This document shows positions 19,301 through 28,137 of a DNA stretch of 64,000 bases, piece after piece. The DNA is from a bacterium (GTDB taxonomy: Bacteria > Joyebacterota > Joyebacteria > Joyebacterales > Joyebacteraceae): positions 20,599 to 84,598 of the forward strand of contig JALGWI010000001.1 in assembly GCA_025774245.1 (NCBI GenBank), written 5' to 3'. Position 1 is the first letter of the stretch, and every line of letters starts with the position of its first letter. The notes beneath the pieces were generated by a model that had not been told where the DNA came from, did not search any database, and saw only the letters and a program-made list of their open reading frames with translations. The position numbers were made by a program, and so were the translations under genes.

Positions 19301-20196
19301 GGGCCGTCCTGGTCGCGACGGGGACGGCGTTCGAGCCGGCGACCGCCGGCCGCGACGCCTCGCTCGCCGTCGGGCTTGCGGTCCTCTCGGGCCACGCCGA
19401 GGGCGGAGGATCGGGGATCCTCTTCCTCAGGGCCCGGGCAAACGGGCAGGGTCTGACCGACGCGGGTCTCGACCCGCGCTTCCTGCCCGGTCACGCCCCC
19501 GCGACCTCCGCCGATGCCCGCGCGCGCGTCGGGAAGCTCCACGGGGCGCCGGTACCGGCGCCTTCTGTCGGCGACGCCGCCGCGCTGTTTGCAGCCATCG
19601 AAGACGGGAGCGTCCGCGCGGCCCTCGTGGTCGGGGAGGATCCGGTGGCCGGAGCGGACGACCCGGACCGGGTCCGCCGCGTCCTCGGGAAGCTCGACTT
19701 CCTGGCCGTCCTCGACGTCGGGGAGACGGAGACGACGCCACTCGCGGCCGCCGTCCTGCCGCTCGCCTCGCTCGGCGAGCGGGCCGGGACGTTCACGAAC
19801 AGCGAGCGGCGAGTGCAGCGCGTGGGCGGGCCCCTCGCGCCGCCCTCGGGTCGCACGAACCTCGAGGTGCTCGGCGCCCTGGCCGTAGGCCTGGGACTCG
19901 GGACGGTCGAGACCGACGCGATCGCGGTGGCGAAGGAGGCCGGCGCTGCCTGGAACGGCACAGGCAACGCCGGAGGCAGTGCGGCCGACGGCTTCCGCTG
20001 GGGGGGCGAGACCCTCTACCCGGACCGCTTCGCGACCGGAACCGGGCGCGCGGACCTCTCGGTCCCGGAGCCTCGCACGCCTGCCGTCGTGTTCGATCCC
20101 CGCTGGGCCGATCCTCTGGAGGGCCGGCTCTCCCATTACGCCGAGGACGCCGGGCTCCCGCCGCACGTCGTCGCGCGCGGGGGAGATCGACCTTGA
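16336..20196 (+). CDS. Fused [2Fe-2S] + GltD/NfnB-like FAD/NAD(P)H oxidoreductase + [4Fe-4S] + degenerate molybdopterin-oxidoreductase fold (A subunit of the trimer)
   Basis: IPTLC..SCWICAV..PSC; CVAPCKAACP, GRVCTRPCE, VGAGPGSL, GGMLRYGIPEYRLP, GGGNTAVD, YRRS; CILCGRCIRIC, CESCGQCVTSCP, CSFCGTGC..NLCVRG; GTFTNSERRVQ. Confidence 0.85.
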   Translation: MALIKISLNGREVEVDAASTILEAARQHGIEIPTLCDDPQLPPFTSCWICAVKLEGMKRYIPSCGTRVAPGMKIWTDTDDVRAVRKMALELLLSNHRGDCVAPCKAACPAGVDVQGYIALISQGKYREAAKLVKEVNPFPLSIGRVCTRPCESECRRNAVDGPVGIDYLKRFAADWDAGHDDAYVPTTAASTGRRVAMVGAGPGSLTAAYYLAQKGHEVTIMEALPAAGGMLRYGIPEYRLPKKTLDTEIGLITTLGVRVEYNKALGRDFKLADLFADGYDAVFLGLGAMGSRKMKVPGEELEGVWAGTEFLKKMGLGEDVAIGKHVAVIGGGNTAVDAARTSLRLGAEKVTIVYRRSRTEMPAWDVEVEAALEEGVEMHFLAAPTRIEGEGACERMEFIRMELGEPDESGRRRPVPVEGSEAMLEVDNVIAAIGQVPDLSAIHETVESDPESLEAKLELTRWGTIVADETTGATSVERVYSGGDVARGAATAIEAIADGGKAAAAIHSYLTGETEYVPPSYFNITKERWDSFPESQLVGIERSERERMPELGVEERIRIFEEVELGYTEEQARREAARCLECGCVGAFTCQLREYAAEYGASSDRFGGEVVEDPADERHPFIRLEPEKCILCGRCIRICQEVEGAAALGFFRRGFQTQMKPALEQALAGTTCESCGQCVTSCPTAAISAVADLPKPGPWALEATRSTCSFCGTGCAIVLRTVEGSLATIEPAPDAGINEGNLCVRGRFGHLAAGERLASPLVKRNGKPAAASWDDAVGLVSKRLMAVAREHGPGAVAVFGSPGLTNEEAYRLQQLARAGLGTPNVASFGLARESAVFEALSRAFGRAASTASYADLRSAETILLIDSDIAEEETVSGIAIRKAVAAGARLVVISPDETRMARLADVWIRVGRADVGSVLAAMIEHATSKGLAGPARVTQGVDNLEEFKAAVAAISEGGRVAEGEPVVKGGDTTDAIVAAAEAYASASRAVLVATGTAFEPATAGRDASLAVGLAVLSGHAEGGGSGILFLRARANGQGLTDAGLDPRFLPGHAPATSADARARVGKLHGAPVPAPSVGDAAALFAAIEDGSVRAALVVGEDPVAGADDPDRVRRVLGKLDFLAVLDVGETETTPLAAAVLPLASLGERAGTFTNSERRVQRVGGPLAPPSGRTNLEVLGALAVGLGLGTVETDAIAVAKEAGAAWNGTGNAGGSAADGFRWGGETLYPDRFATGTGRADLSVPEPRTPAVVFDPRWADPLEGRLSHYAEDAGLPPHVVARGGDRP

Positions 20197-20221
20197 CTTG
20201 GGGCCCATCCGTTTCTACCAT
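20193..20221 (+). promoter_or_regulatory. Sigma70-like promoter for the rpmF-plsX-fab operon
   Basis: TTGACT-N17-TACCAT. The -35 element overlaps the stop codon of the upstream gene. Confidence 0.55.
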
Positions 20222-20307
20222 GATGCTCATCCTTCGAGCCTTGGGCAGGGACCCCGGCGGGGGTCTCTGCGGACCAGGAGCCACACGTTAGAACCGTCGG
20301 AGGCACT

Positions 20308-20496
20308 ATGGCAGTTCCCAAGAAGAAGACGTCGAAGGCGAGGGGGAGAAAGCGAAGGACGCACAAGAAAGCGGTTCGTCCCTCATTTTCTGCCTGCCCT
20401 TCGTGCGGCGAGCCCAAGCTCTCGCACCGCGTCTGCCCGCACTGCGGAACGTACAACGGGCGCGAGATCGTGAGCGGGGAGAAGGAGAAGGAATAG
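20308..20496 (+). CDS. rpmF: 50S ribosomal protein L32 (Zn-ribbon type)
   Basis: [35 protein letters not shown]. Confidence 0.95.
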   Translation: MAVPKKKTSKARGRKRRTHKKAVRPSFSACPSCGEPKLSHRVCPHCGTYNGREIVSGEKEKE

Positions 20497-20497
20497 C

Positions 20498-21532
20498 GTG
20501 CCGGGTGTCCCGGGAAGCCGCCAGGCAGGCGGCGCCGATGAGACCACGAAGCCGGTTCGGATCGCGGTGGACGCGATGGGGGGGGATAACGCGCCGGCCG
20601 TCGAGGTGGAGGGGGCACTGGCCGCTGCGCGGGCGTCCGGCGGGCGGGTCGATGTCGTCCTGGTCGGGCGGACCGACCTGATCGAGGAGGAGCTCAGGAA
20701 GCACGACCGCGATGGAGTCGGCGTCTCCGTCGTCCACGCGGACGAGGTGATCGGGATGGGCGAGTCCCCCGCGAACGCCGTGCGGAGGAAGCGCAACTCC
20801 TCGATCGTCGTGGCGACCGGGCTTCACAGACAGGGCGAGGTCGACGGGCTCGTCAGCGCCGGCAACACCGGAGCCGCCGTGGCGTCGGCACTTCTCGGGC
20901 TCGGGATGCTCTCGAGCGTCCGGCGCCCGGCCATCGCGAGCCTCTTCCCGACCGTGGAGGAGCCCTCGCTCGTTCTCGACGTCGGCGCCAGCATCGACAG
21001 CCGCCCGAGCGACCTTCTCGAGTTCGCGTTGATGGGCGACGCCTTTGTGCAGTACGTGATGGGCCGCGAGAAGCCGCGCGTGGCCCTCATGAACATCGGC
21101 GAGGAGAGCACCAAGGGGAGCGAGCTCACGCAGGAGGCTTACCGCCTCCTCTCCGAGAGCCCGCTCAACTTCATCGGGAACGTCGAGGGCAGGAGCTTCC
21201 TGCGGGGCCGCGCCGACGTGGTCGTCTGCGACGGGTTCGTCGGGAACGTCATGCTCAAGCTCACCGAGGGCGTCATCGACATCATCACGAGCGTCCTCAG
21301 GGACGGTGGAGACAGAGACGGCCTCGCCGCCCTGAAGAGGGAGTTCGACTACGCGGAGTACGGCGGCGCTCCCCTTCTCGGGGTCAACGGCGTCGTCATC
21401 ATCGCTCACGGGAGTTCCTCGGCGAAGGCGATCATGAACGCCGTCAAGGTGGCGGCACGCTTCGTCGATACGGATCTCGACGAGAAGATCGTGAGCCGAC
21501 TCAAGGAGACAGCGACCCAGAATGGCCGATAG
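20498..21532 (+). CDS. plsX: Phosphate acyltransferase PlsX
   Basis: IAVDAMGGDNAP, VSAGNTGA, RPAI, LDVGA, NIGEESTKG, GNVEG, DGFVGNV, YGGAPLLGV. Confidence 0.95.
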   Translation: MPGVPGSRQAGGADETTKPVRIAVDAMGGDNAPAVEVEGALAAARASGGRVDVVLVGRTDLIEEELRKHDRDGVGVSVVHADEVIGMGESPANAVRRKRNSSIVVATGLHRQGEVDGLVSAGNTGAAVASALLGLGMLSSVRRPAIASLFPTVEEPSLVLDVGASIDSRPSDLLEFALMGDAFVQYVMGREKPRVALMNIGEESTKGSELTQEAYRLLSESPLNFIGNVEGRSFLRGRADVVVCDGFVGNVMLKLTEGVIDIITSVLRDGGDRDGLAALKREFDYAEYGGAPLLGVNGVVIIAHGSSSAKAIMNAVKVAARFVDTDLDEKIVSRLKETATQNGR

Positions 21533-22514
21533 CAAGAAGACAGCCTACATCGCGGGGCTCGGCATGGCCGTTCCTCCGAAGGTGGTGACGAACGACGACT
21601 TCTCGAAGTTCCTCGACACCACGGACGAGTGGATCACGCAGATGACCGGGATCAAGGAACGTCGATACATCGACGAGAACACGGCGACTTCGGACCTCGC
21701 CACGGAGGCGGCCAGGAAGGCGCTTGCGAGCGCGGGCGTCGATCCCGGAGAGATCGACATCATCATCATCGCCACCGCGACCCCGGACACGCTCTTCCCG
21801 ACGACGGCGTGCCTCGTGCAGCACGCGATCGGCGCGAAGAACGCGTTCGCCTACGACGTGGCCGCCGCCTGTAGCGGCTTCATCTTCGCCCTCGTGCAGG
21901 CGCTGCAGTTCATCGTGGCGGGCACCGTCGAGACCGCCCTCGTCATCGGCGCGGAGACCCTGACGACGGTCGCGGACATGACCGACAGGAACACGTGCGT
22001 CCTGTTCGGGGACGGCGCCGGCGCGGTCGTCGTCAAGGGCTGCGATCCTCCCCGCGGGATCATCGACCACTACCTCCGTTGCGACGGGTCCTTGAGCGAG
22101 TACATCAAGCTCCCGGGCGGCGGTTCGAGGAGGCCCCCGTCCCACGAGACCGTGAACGAGCGGCTCCACTACATCAAGATGCAGGGGCGCAAGGTCTACG
22201 TGAACGCCGTCAAGGAGATGGGCGACGCGGTCGTCACGGTCCTCGAGAGGCAGGGGCTCACGGGAGACGACCTCGACCTCCTGTTCCCGCACCAGGCGAA
22301 CATCCGCATCATCCAGGCCGTCGCCGAGCGGGCCGGCTTGCCGATGGAGAAGGTCTACGTCAACATCCAGAAGTACGGCAACACCTCCGCGGCCTCGATT
22401 CCTCTCGCGCTCGCGGAAGCGGCGGAGGAGGGCAGGCTCAAGGAGGGGATGCTCATCGCGATGGTCGCCTTCGGCTCCGGATTCACGTGGGGATCGGCGC
22501 TCATGCGCTGGTAG
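21522..22514 (+). CDS. fabH: 3-oxoacyl-ACP synthase III
   Basis: DTTDEWI..TGI.ERR, AACSGF, LFGDGAGA, HQAN.RI, GNTSAAS. Confidence 0.95.
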   Translation: MADSKKTAYIAGLGMAVPPKVVTNDDFSKFLDTTDEWITQMTGIKERRYIDENTATSDLATEAARKALASAGVDPGEIDIIIIATATPDTLFPTTACLVQHAIGAKNAFAYDVAAACSGFIFALVQALQFIVAGTVETALVIGAETLTTVADMTDRNTCVLFGDGAGAVVVKGCDPPRGIIDHYLRCDGSLSEYIKLPGGGSRRPPSHETVNERLHYIKMQGRKVYVNAVKEMGDAVVTVLERQGLTGDDLDLLFPHQANIRIIQAVAERAGLPMEKVYVNIQKYGNTSAASIPLALAEAAEEGRLKEGMLIAMVAFGSGFTWGSALMRW

Positions 22515-22567
22515 CACCCGGGGCGGCTCCCGGATCACGGGGCCGCCGCCACGAAAGGTCTCCCGCC

Positions 22568-23506
22568 ATGGAACGGATAGCGTTCCTCTTCCCGGGACAG
22601 GGCTCGCAGGCCGTGGGCATGGCCGAGGATCTCTACGAGAACTCGGGCAGCGTCCGCGAGATCTACGAGCGCGCCTCCGAGGCGATCGACCTCGACCTCG
22701 CGAGCCTCACGTTCGACGGCCCGGAGGAGGAGCTCAAGAAGACGGTCAACACCCAGCCGGCGCTCCTTGTGGCGAGTGTCGCCGCCCACACGCTCCTCGT
22801 CGAGCGGGGCGTCGAGCCCTGGGCCGCGGCCGGCCACAGCCTCGGCGAGTACAGCGCGCTCGTGGCGGCGAAGAGCCTGACCCTCGAGGACGCCGTCCGC
22901 GCGGTCCGCGAGCGTGGCAGGCTGATGTACGAAGCAGGCCTCGAGCGCCCCGGCACGATGGCCGCCGTGATCGGCCTGACGGAAGATCAGATCGAGCCGA
23001 TCGTCAAAGAGGCCGCCCTGGACGGAGTCGTCCAGATTGCGAACCTCAACGCCCCGACCCAGATCGTGATCTCGGGAGAGGTCGCGGCCGTGAAGCGCGC
23101 GATGGATCTCGCGGCGACCGGCGGGGCGAGGCGCGTGATCCAGCTGAACGTCAGCGGCGCATTCCACTCGGAGCTCCTGGAATCGGCGCGCCGGGGGCTC
23201 GCCGAGCTCCTCGACCGCACGACCTTCGAGCAGCCGCAGTGCTTCTTCGTCTCGAACGTCACGGGCACGGCGATCGAAGACCCGGAGGAGATCCGCCGGA
23301 GGCTCGCGCAGCAGATCGTCAAACCTGTTCGCTGGGCCGACTGCATGCGGGCCCTCGTGAACCGCAAGGCCTCGCTCATGGTCGAGGTCGGCCCGGGCAA
23401 CGTGCTCCGCGGCCTCATGAGGAAGATCGAGCCCGAGGTGAGAGCAGTGAGCGCCGGGCGGATCGGCGACATCGACAAGCTTCCGGCCGCGATAGCGGCC
23501 GGCTGA
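22568..23506 (+). CDS. fabD: Malonyl-CoA:ACP transacylase
   Basis: FLFPGQGSQ, TQPAL, GHSLGEY, SGAFHS, EVGPG.VL.GL. Confidence 0.95.
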   Translation: MERIAFLFPGQGSQAVGMAEDLYENSGSVREIYERASEAIDLDLASLTFDGPEEELKKTVNTQPALLVASVAAHTLLVERGVEPWAAAGHSLGEYSALVAAKSLTLEDAVRAVRERGRLMYEAGLERPGTMAAVIGLTEDQIEPIVKEAALDGVVQIANLNAPTQIVISGEVAAVKRAMDLAATGGARRVIQLNVSGAFHSELLESARRGLAELLDRTTFEQPQCFFVSNVTGTAIEDPEEIRRRLAQQIVKPVRWADCMRALVNRKASLMVEVGPGNVLRGLMRKIEPEVRAVSAGRIGDIDKLPAAIAAG

Positions 23507-23546
23507 GCGGTGCTCGTCCGAGCGCGAAGGAGGAAGGGGAGGAGCG

Positions 23547-24287
23547 ATGACCCTCGAAGGGAGAAAGGCCGTCGTCACCGGCGGCGGTCAGGGGATCGGA
23601 AAGGCGATCGCCCTCAAACTCGCTTCGCTCGGCGCGGCCGTCGCCGCGGTCGACATCAACAAGAAGGGCGCGAAGGAGGTCGCACACGAGATCGCCGAGT
23701 CCGGTGGAGCGGCTTTCGCCTATCGGCTCGACGTGTCCGACGCGGAAGAGGCGACCGAGGTCATGAAGTCCGCGGCCGAGGATCTCGGCGGGATCGATGT
23801 CTTGGTGAATAACGCGGGCGTCACGCGCGACAACCTCATCATCAGAATGTCCCCGGCCGACTGGGATCACGTGCTCCAGGTGAACCTCACCGGCGCCTTC
23901 AACTGCATCCGGGCCGTGGCGCGGGGCATGATGAGCCAGAGGTACGGGAGGATCGTCAACATCTCCTCGATCATCGGTCAGGTGGGGAACATCGGCCAGG
24001 CGAACTACGCGGCCTCGAAGGCGGGGCTCATCGCCCTTACGAAGACCGTGGCGAGGGAGCTCGGACCGCGCGGCATCACGGCGAACGCCGTCGCGCCGGG
24101 CTTCATCGAGACGGCGATGACGGAGTCACTCTCGGAGAAGGTGAAGGAGGAGTTCGCCGCGAAGATCCTCTTGAGGAGGCTCGGAACGCCCGAGGACGTC
24201 GCGAATCTGGTTGCGTTCCTCGCGTCGGATGAGGGAAACTACATAACCGGTCAAACGATCAACATTGATGGAGGGATGGTCTGGTAG
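23547..24287 (+). CDS. fabG: 3-oxoacyl-ACP reductase
   Basis: TGGGQGIG, NNAGVTRD, GNIGQANYAASKAG, VAPGFIET. Operon context. Confidence 0.95.
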   Translation: MTLEGRKAVVTGGGQGIGKAIALKLASLGAAVAAVDINKKGAKEVAHEIAESGGAAFAYRLDVSDAEEATEVMKSAAEDLGGIDVLVNNAGVTRDNLIIRMSPADWDHVLQVNLTGAFNCIRAVARGMMSQRYGRIVNISSIIGQVGNIGQANYAASKAGLIALTKTVARELGPRGITANAVAPGFIETAMTESLSEKVKEEFAAKILLRRLGTPEDVANLVAFLASDEGNYITGQTINIDGGMVW

Positions 24288-24335
24288 CGTTTTGGCCGTC
24301 CCGGGTGCAGGAGAGAGCGAGGGGGAGAACCTCAC

Positions 24336-24584
24336 ATGGCAGACGTGACAGAGAAGGTGAGACAGGTCATAGCGGAGAAGCTCCAGATCGACGCCGGGCA
24401 GGTGACGATTGAGGCGTCGATCGTCGAGGACCTCGGGGCGGACTCGCTCGAGCAGGCCGACATTCTCTTCTCTCTCGAGGACGAGTTCGGCATCACGGCG
24501 GACGACACCGACGAGGCGGAAGGCCTCAAGACCGTCGGCGACATCGTGACCTACCTCGAGAAGAAGGTGGAGGCCGCTTCGTAG
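24336..24584 (+). CDS. acpP: Acyl carrier protein
   Basis: DLGADSL phosphopantetheine site, EDEFGI, TVGD. Confidence 0.93.
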   Translation: MADVTEKVRQVIAEKLQIDAGQVTIEASIVEDLGADSLEQADILFSLEDEFGITADDTDEAEGLKTVGDIVTYLEKKVEAAS

Positions 24585-24750
24585 CACACAGGTTGGGGCG
24601 GCCGGGGTCCCGCGACGATGTCGGGCCCGCGGCCGCCCTCATTCGATTCCCCGACGGGCCCACGGGCGCGGCCGGCGGCGGCCGCGGCATCGAACAGGGC
24701 GCGTGCGGGGAAGGTCCTCCCACGAAGGGAAGGGCCAGGAGAGGGCAGGA

Positions 24751-25992
24751 ATGTCTCGGAGAGTGGTGGTCACCGGCATGGGGGCAGTGAGTCCCCTCGG
24801 AATGAGTGTAGAGAGCACCTGGGAGTCCCTCCTGGCCGGCAAGAGCGGCGCCGGTCCCGTCCGGGCGTTCGACGCGTCCGGTTTCCTCGTGCGCATCGCG
24901 TGCGAGGTGAAGGGCTTCGACGTCGAGGCCTTCATGGACAAGAGGGACGCCAGGAAGATGGACCTCTGCACGCAGTACGCGGTGGCCGCTGGAACGATGG
25001 CCTGGAAGGACGCCGGTTTCGACGGGGGAGGTTTCGATCCCGAAGCGACCGGTGTGATCGTCGGATCCGGAGTAGGGGGGATCCAGACCTTTGGGACCCA
25101 GCATTCGATTCTCATGGAGAAAGGGCCGCGTCGCGTCAGCCCGTTCTTCATCCCGATGATGATCGCGGACATGCCGTCGGGTGCGATCTCGATCAAGCTC
25201 GGACTCAAGGGGCCGAACTTCGCCACGGTCTCCGCCTGCGCGTCGGGCGCTCACGCGATCGGCGTGGCGTTCCGCGCGATCGCGCGCGGCGACGCCGACG
25301 TCGTCGTGAGCGGCGGAGCCGAAGCCGCCGTCTGTCCGATCGCCCTTGCGGGATTCGCCAACATGAAGGCGATCTCCACGAGGAACGACGACCCCGAGAA
25401 GGCATCGAGGCCGTTCGACGCGGACCGTGACGGCTTCGTGCTGGGCGAGGGAGCCGGCATCGTTGTGCTCGAGGAGCTCGAGCGCGCGAAGGCCCGCGGC
25501 GCGCGGGTACACGCGGAGGTCGTCGGCTACGCGGCGACCGCCGACGCGCACCATATCACGGCGCCTGCGCCCGACGGCGAGGGCGGCGCGAGGGCGATGG
25601 CGACGGCGATCGCCGACGCCGGGATCGCTCCCGAAGACATCCAGTACGTCAACGCGCACGGCACGTCGACCCCCCTGAACGACAAGTTCGAGACCGCCGC
25701 ACTGAAGACGGTCTTTGGCGACCACGTTGCGAAGCTGGCCGTTTCGTCGACGAAGTCGATGACCGGTCACCTCCTCGGCGCGGCCGGCGGTGTCGAGTTC
25801 ATCTTCACCGCCCTCGCCACCAGGGAATCCGTGATCCCGCCGACGATCAACTACGAGACGCCGGATCCTGAGTGCGATCTCGACTACGTTCCCAACCAGG
25901 CCAGGGAAGCGAATGTCACCTTCGCGCTGACGAACTCGTTCGGTTTCGGAGGGCACAACGCAGTTCTTGCCGTCCGCCGGTTCGAGGAGTAG
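24751..25992 (+). CDS. fabF: 3-oxoacyl-ACP synthase II
   Basis: [57 protein letters not shown]. Confidence 0.95.
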   Translation: MSRRVVVTGMGAVSPLGMSVESTWESLLAGKSGAGPVRAFDASGFLVRIACEVKGFDVEAFMDKRDARKMDLCTQYAVAAGTMAWKDAGFDGGGFDPEATGVIVGSGVGGIQTFGTQHSILMEKGPRRVSPFFIPMMIADMPSGAISIKLGLKGPNFATVSACASGAHAIGVAFRAIARGDADVVVSGGAEAAVCPIALAGFANMKAISTRNDDPEKASRPFDADRDGFVLGEGAGIVVLEELERAKARGARVHAEVVGYAATADAHHITAPAPDGEGGARAMATAIADAGIAPEDIQYVNAHGTSTPLNDKFETAALKTVFGDHVAKLAVSSTKSMTGHLLGAAGGVEFIFTALATRESVIPPTINYETPDPECDLDYVPNQAREANVTFALTNSFGFGGHNAVLAVRRFEE

Positions 25993-26005
25993 CGACGACG
26001 CGCCC

Positions 26006-26860
26006 ATGGCCAAAACCAATCGTCTGATTCAGCGACTCAAAGCGCTCAGGAAGCGCGACTCCGGCATTCCGCGGGAGAGGCAGCGATCGCTTCGGCGGCT
26101 CTGCGATCTCCTTGGCGTCCGGTTTCTCGATCTGCGTCTGTTGAACCAGGCGCTCATGCACCGTTCGTACGTGCATGACGTCGCCCTGGACAGGGGCGAG
26201 TCGAACGAGCGGATGGAGTTTCTGGGCGATGCGGTCCTGGGACTCCTCGTCAACGAGCACCTCTACGCGCGCTTCGAGCAGAGGCAGGAGGGGAGGCTCA
26301 CTAAGATCAAGTCGCTCGTCGTGAGCGAGCCGATCCTCATGAAGAGGGCGGAGGAGATCTCGCTCGGCGACTACATCCTGCTCTCGGAGAACGAGCGGCT
26401 CTCCGGCGGCGCGATGAGGGCCTCGATCCTGTCGGACGCCTTCGAAGCCGTGATCGGCGCGATCTATCTCGACTCGGGACTGCTGGCCGCCCGCGGGTTC
26501 GTCGAGAGGCACCTGCTTCTGGGCATCGACGAGCTGCTCGAGATCGACGAGTACAAGAACTACAAGAGCATGGTCCAGGAACACGCCCAGAAGAAGATGG
26601 GGTCGAGACCCCGGTACCGCGTCGTCTCCGCCAAGGGTCCCGAGCACGAGCGGACCTTCTTCGTCGAGCTCCGGCTCGGCGGTCGCGCCCTCGGGCGGGG
26701 CGAAGGGAAGAACAAGAAAGAAGCCGAGCAGCTGGCGGCGAGGAACGCCCTTGCGAAGCTCGGCCTGCTGGCTGAGAACAACGGCCGACGCCGGTCCAGG
26801 TCGCGGCGCTCCCGCCGCGGGCGGCGCCCGCGCCAAAGGAAGAAGGGGGGCGCGAAATGA
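26006..26860 (+). CDS. rnc: Ribonuclease III
   Basis: ALMHRSY, NERMEFLGDAVL, DAFEAVIGAIYLD and a dsRBD (NYKSMVQE..GPEH..KKEAEQ.AA). Arg-rich tail. Confidence 0.95.
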   Translation: MAKTNRLIQRLKALRKRDSGIPRERQRSLRRLCDLLGVRFLDLRLLNQALMHRSYVHDVALDRGESNERMEFLGDAVLGLLVNEHLYARFEQRQEGRLTKIKSLVVSEPILMKRAEEISLGDYILLSENERLSGGAMRASILSDAFEAVIGAIYLDSGLLAARGFVERHLLLGIDELLEIDEYKNYKSMVQEHAQKKMGSRPRYRVVSAKGPEHERTFFVELRLGGRALGRGEGKNKKEAEQLAARNALAKLGLLAENNGRRRSRSRRSRRGRRPRQRKKGGAK

Positions 26861-28056
26861 GCTCGACCCTCACCGAGAAGGAAGCCGCGGGCTCGCGGCT
26901 GACCGAAGAGCAGCAGATGTTGAAGGAGCTCTGCGCGCAGATCGCCCGCGAGAAGATCCTCCCCGTCCGCGCCGAGTACGACGAGACCGGCGACTTCCCG
27001 TGGGACGTCGTCAAGGTCATGGCCGACTCGGACATCTACGGGGTCTACATCCCGGAGGAGTACGGCGGGTTCGGGGGCGGCGTCACCGAGATGTGCATCG
27101 CCACCGAGGAGCTGTCGAAGGTCTGCGGCGGGATCGCGCTCGCCTTCGCCGCCTCGGCGCTCGGCGCCTACCCGATCCTCCTCTTTGGGAACGACGAGCA
27201 GAAGGCGAAGTACCTGCCGCCGATCGCTGCGGGCGAGAAGCTCGCAGCCTTCGGGCTCACCGAGGCGAACGCGGGGAGCGACGCCGGCGCCATCGAGACC
27301 AGGGCGGAGCTTCAGGGGGACGAGTACGTCCTGAACGGCACGAAGCAGTGGATCACGAACGGCGGCGAGGCCGAGATCTACACCGTGATCGCGCGCACGA
27401 AGAAGGGGACCGGCATCCGCGGCATCTCGGCGTTCATCGTCGAGAAAGGAACCCCCGGGTTCGACTTCGGCAAGAAGGAGAACAAGATGGGGATCCGCGG
27501 GTCGGCGACCCGCGAGTTGATCTTCCAGGACGTCCACGTGCCGAAGGAGAACCTGCTCGGTCGCGAGGGCATGGGGTTCATAGTCGCGATGCGCACCTTC
27601 GACAAATCGCGGCCCGGCGTTGCGGCGCAGGCGCTCGGCATCGCCGAGGGCGCCTTCGACGAGGCCGTGAAGTACGCGCGGCACCGCGAGCAGTTCGGGC
27701 AGCCGGTCGCGTCGTTCCAGGGGCTCCAGTTCATGCTGGCCGACATGGCGACCCAGATCGAGGCGGCCCGGGCGCTCGTCTACGAGGCGGCGAGGATGGT
27801 CGACTCGGGCGAGAAGGACATCGGCAAGATCTCGGCGATGGCCAAGGTCTTCGCCTCCGACGTGGCCATGAAGGTCACGACCGACGCCGTGCAGGTCATG
27901 GGCGGTTACGGCTACATGAAGGAGTACCCCGTCGAGAAGATGATGCGCGACGCGAAGATCACCCAGATCTACGAGGGCACGAACCAGATCCAGCGCTCGA
28001 TCATCGCCTCGTCGATCATCAAGGAGAGCGCCGCGAAGGAGAAGAGGGGGAAGTAG
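26857..28056 (+). CDS. Acyl-CoA dehydrogenase (butyryl-CoA dehydrogenase-like)
   Basis: FGLTEANAGSDA, LNGTKQWITNG, KMGIRGS, REQFGQPV..FQ, GGYGYMKEYPVE..MRDAKITQIYEGTNQIQR. Confidence 0.93.
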   Translation: MSSTLTEKEAAGSRLTEEQQMLKELCAQIAREKILPVRAEYDETGDFPWDVVKVMADSDIYGVYIPEEYGGFGGGVTEMCIATEELSKVCGGIALAFAASALGAYPILLFGNDEQKAKYLPPIAAGEKLAAFGLTEANAGSDAGAIETRAELQGDEYVLNGTKQWITNGGEAEIYTVIARTKKGTGIRGISAFIVEKGTPGFDFGKKENKMGIRGSATRELIFQDVHVPKENLLGREGMGFIVAMRTFDKSRPGVAAQALGIAEGAFDEAVKYARHREQFGQPVASFQGLQFMLADMATQIEAARALVYEAARMVDSGEKDIGKISAMAKVFASDVAMKVTTDAVQVMGGYGYMKEYPVEKMMRDAKITQIYEGTNQIQRSIIASSIIKESAAKEKRGK

Positions 28057-28137
28057 CGGCGGGGAGTCGCCGGCCCTCGACCGCCGCGCTGCCCGGCGCG
28101 GCGGCCCGAGGCGCCCCCTTCACTCACGGACGGACGC

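Noticed and set aside
18440-20196. Selenocysteine- or cysteine-dependent formate dehydrogenase
   Set aside because: No in-frame TGA, no Cys at the metal-ligand position and no apparent C-terminal pterin-binding domain.
16255-20208. 1317-aa minus-strand ORF, plus similar long antisense ORFs at 39644-43135, 60506-63298, 48705-51140 and 46392-48662
   Set aside because: They mirror well-supported + strand genes, are Arg/Gly/Ala-rich with no motifs, and are expected from high GC3 codon bias.
24585-24750. GC-rich hairpins between acpP and fabF as a regulatory RNA
   Set aside because: Stems of this quality arise by chance at this GC content, and there is no U-tract or family motif to support a call.
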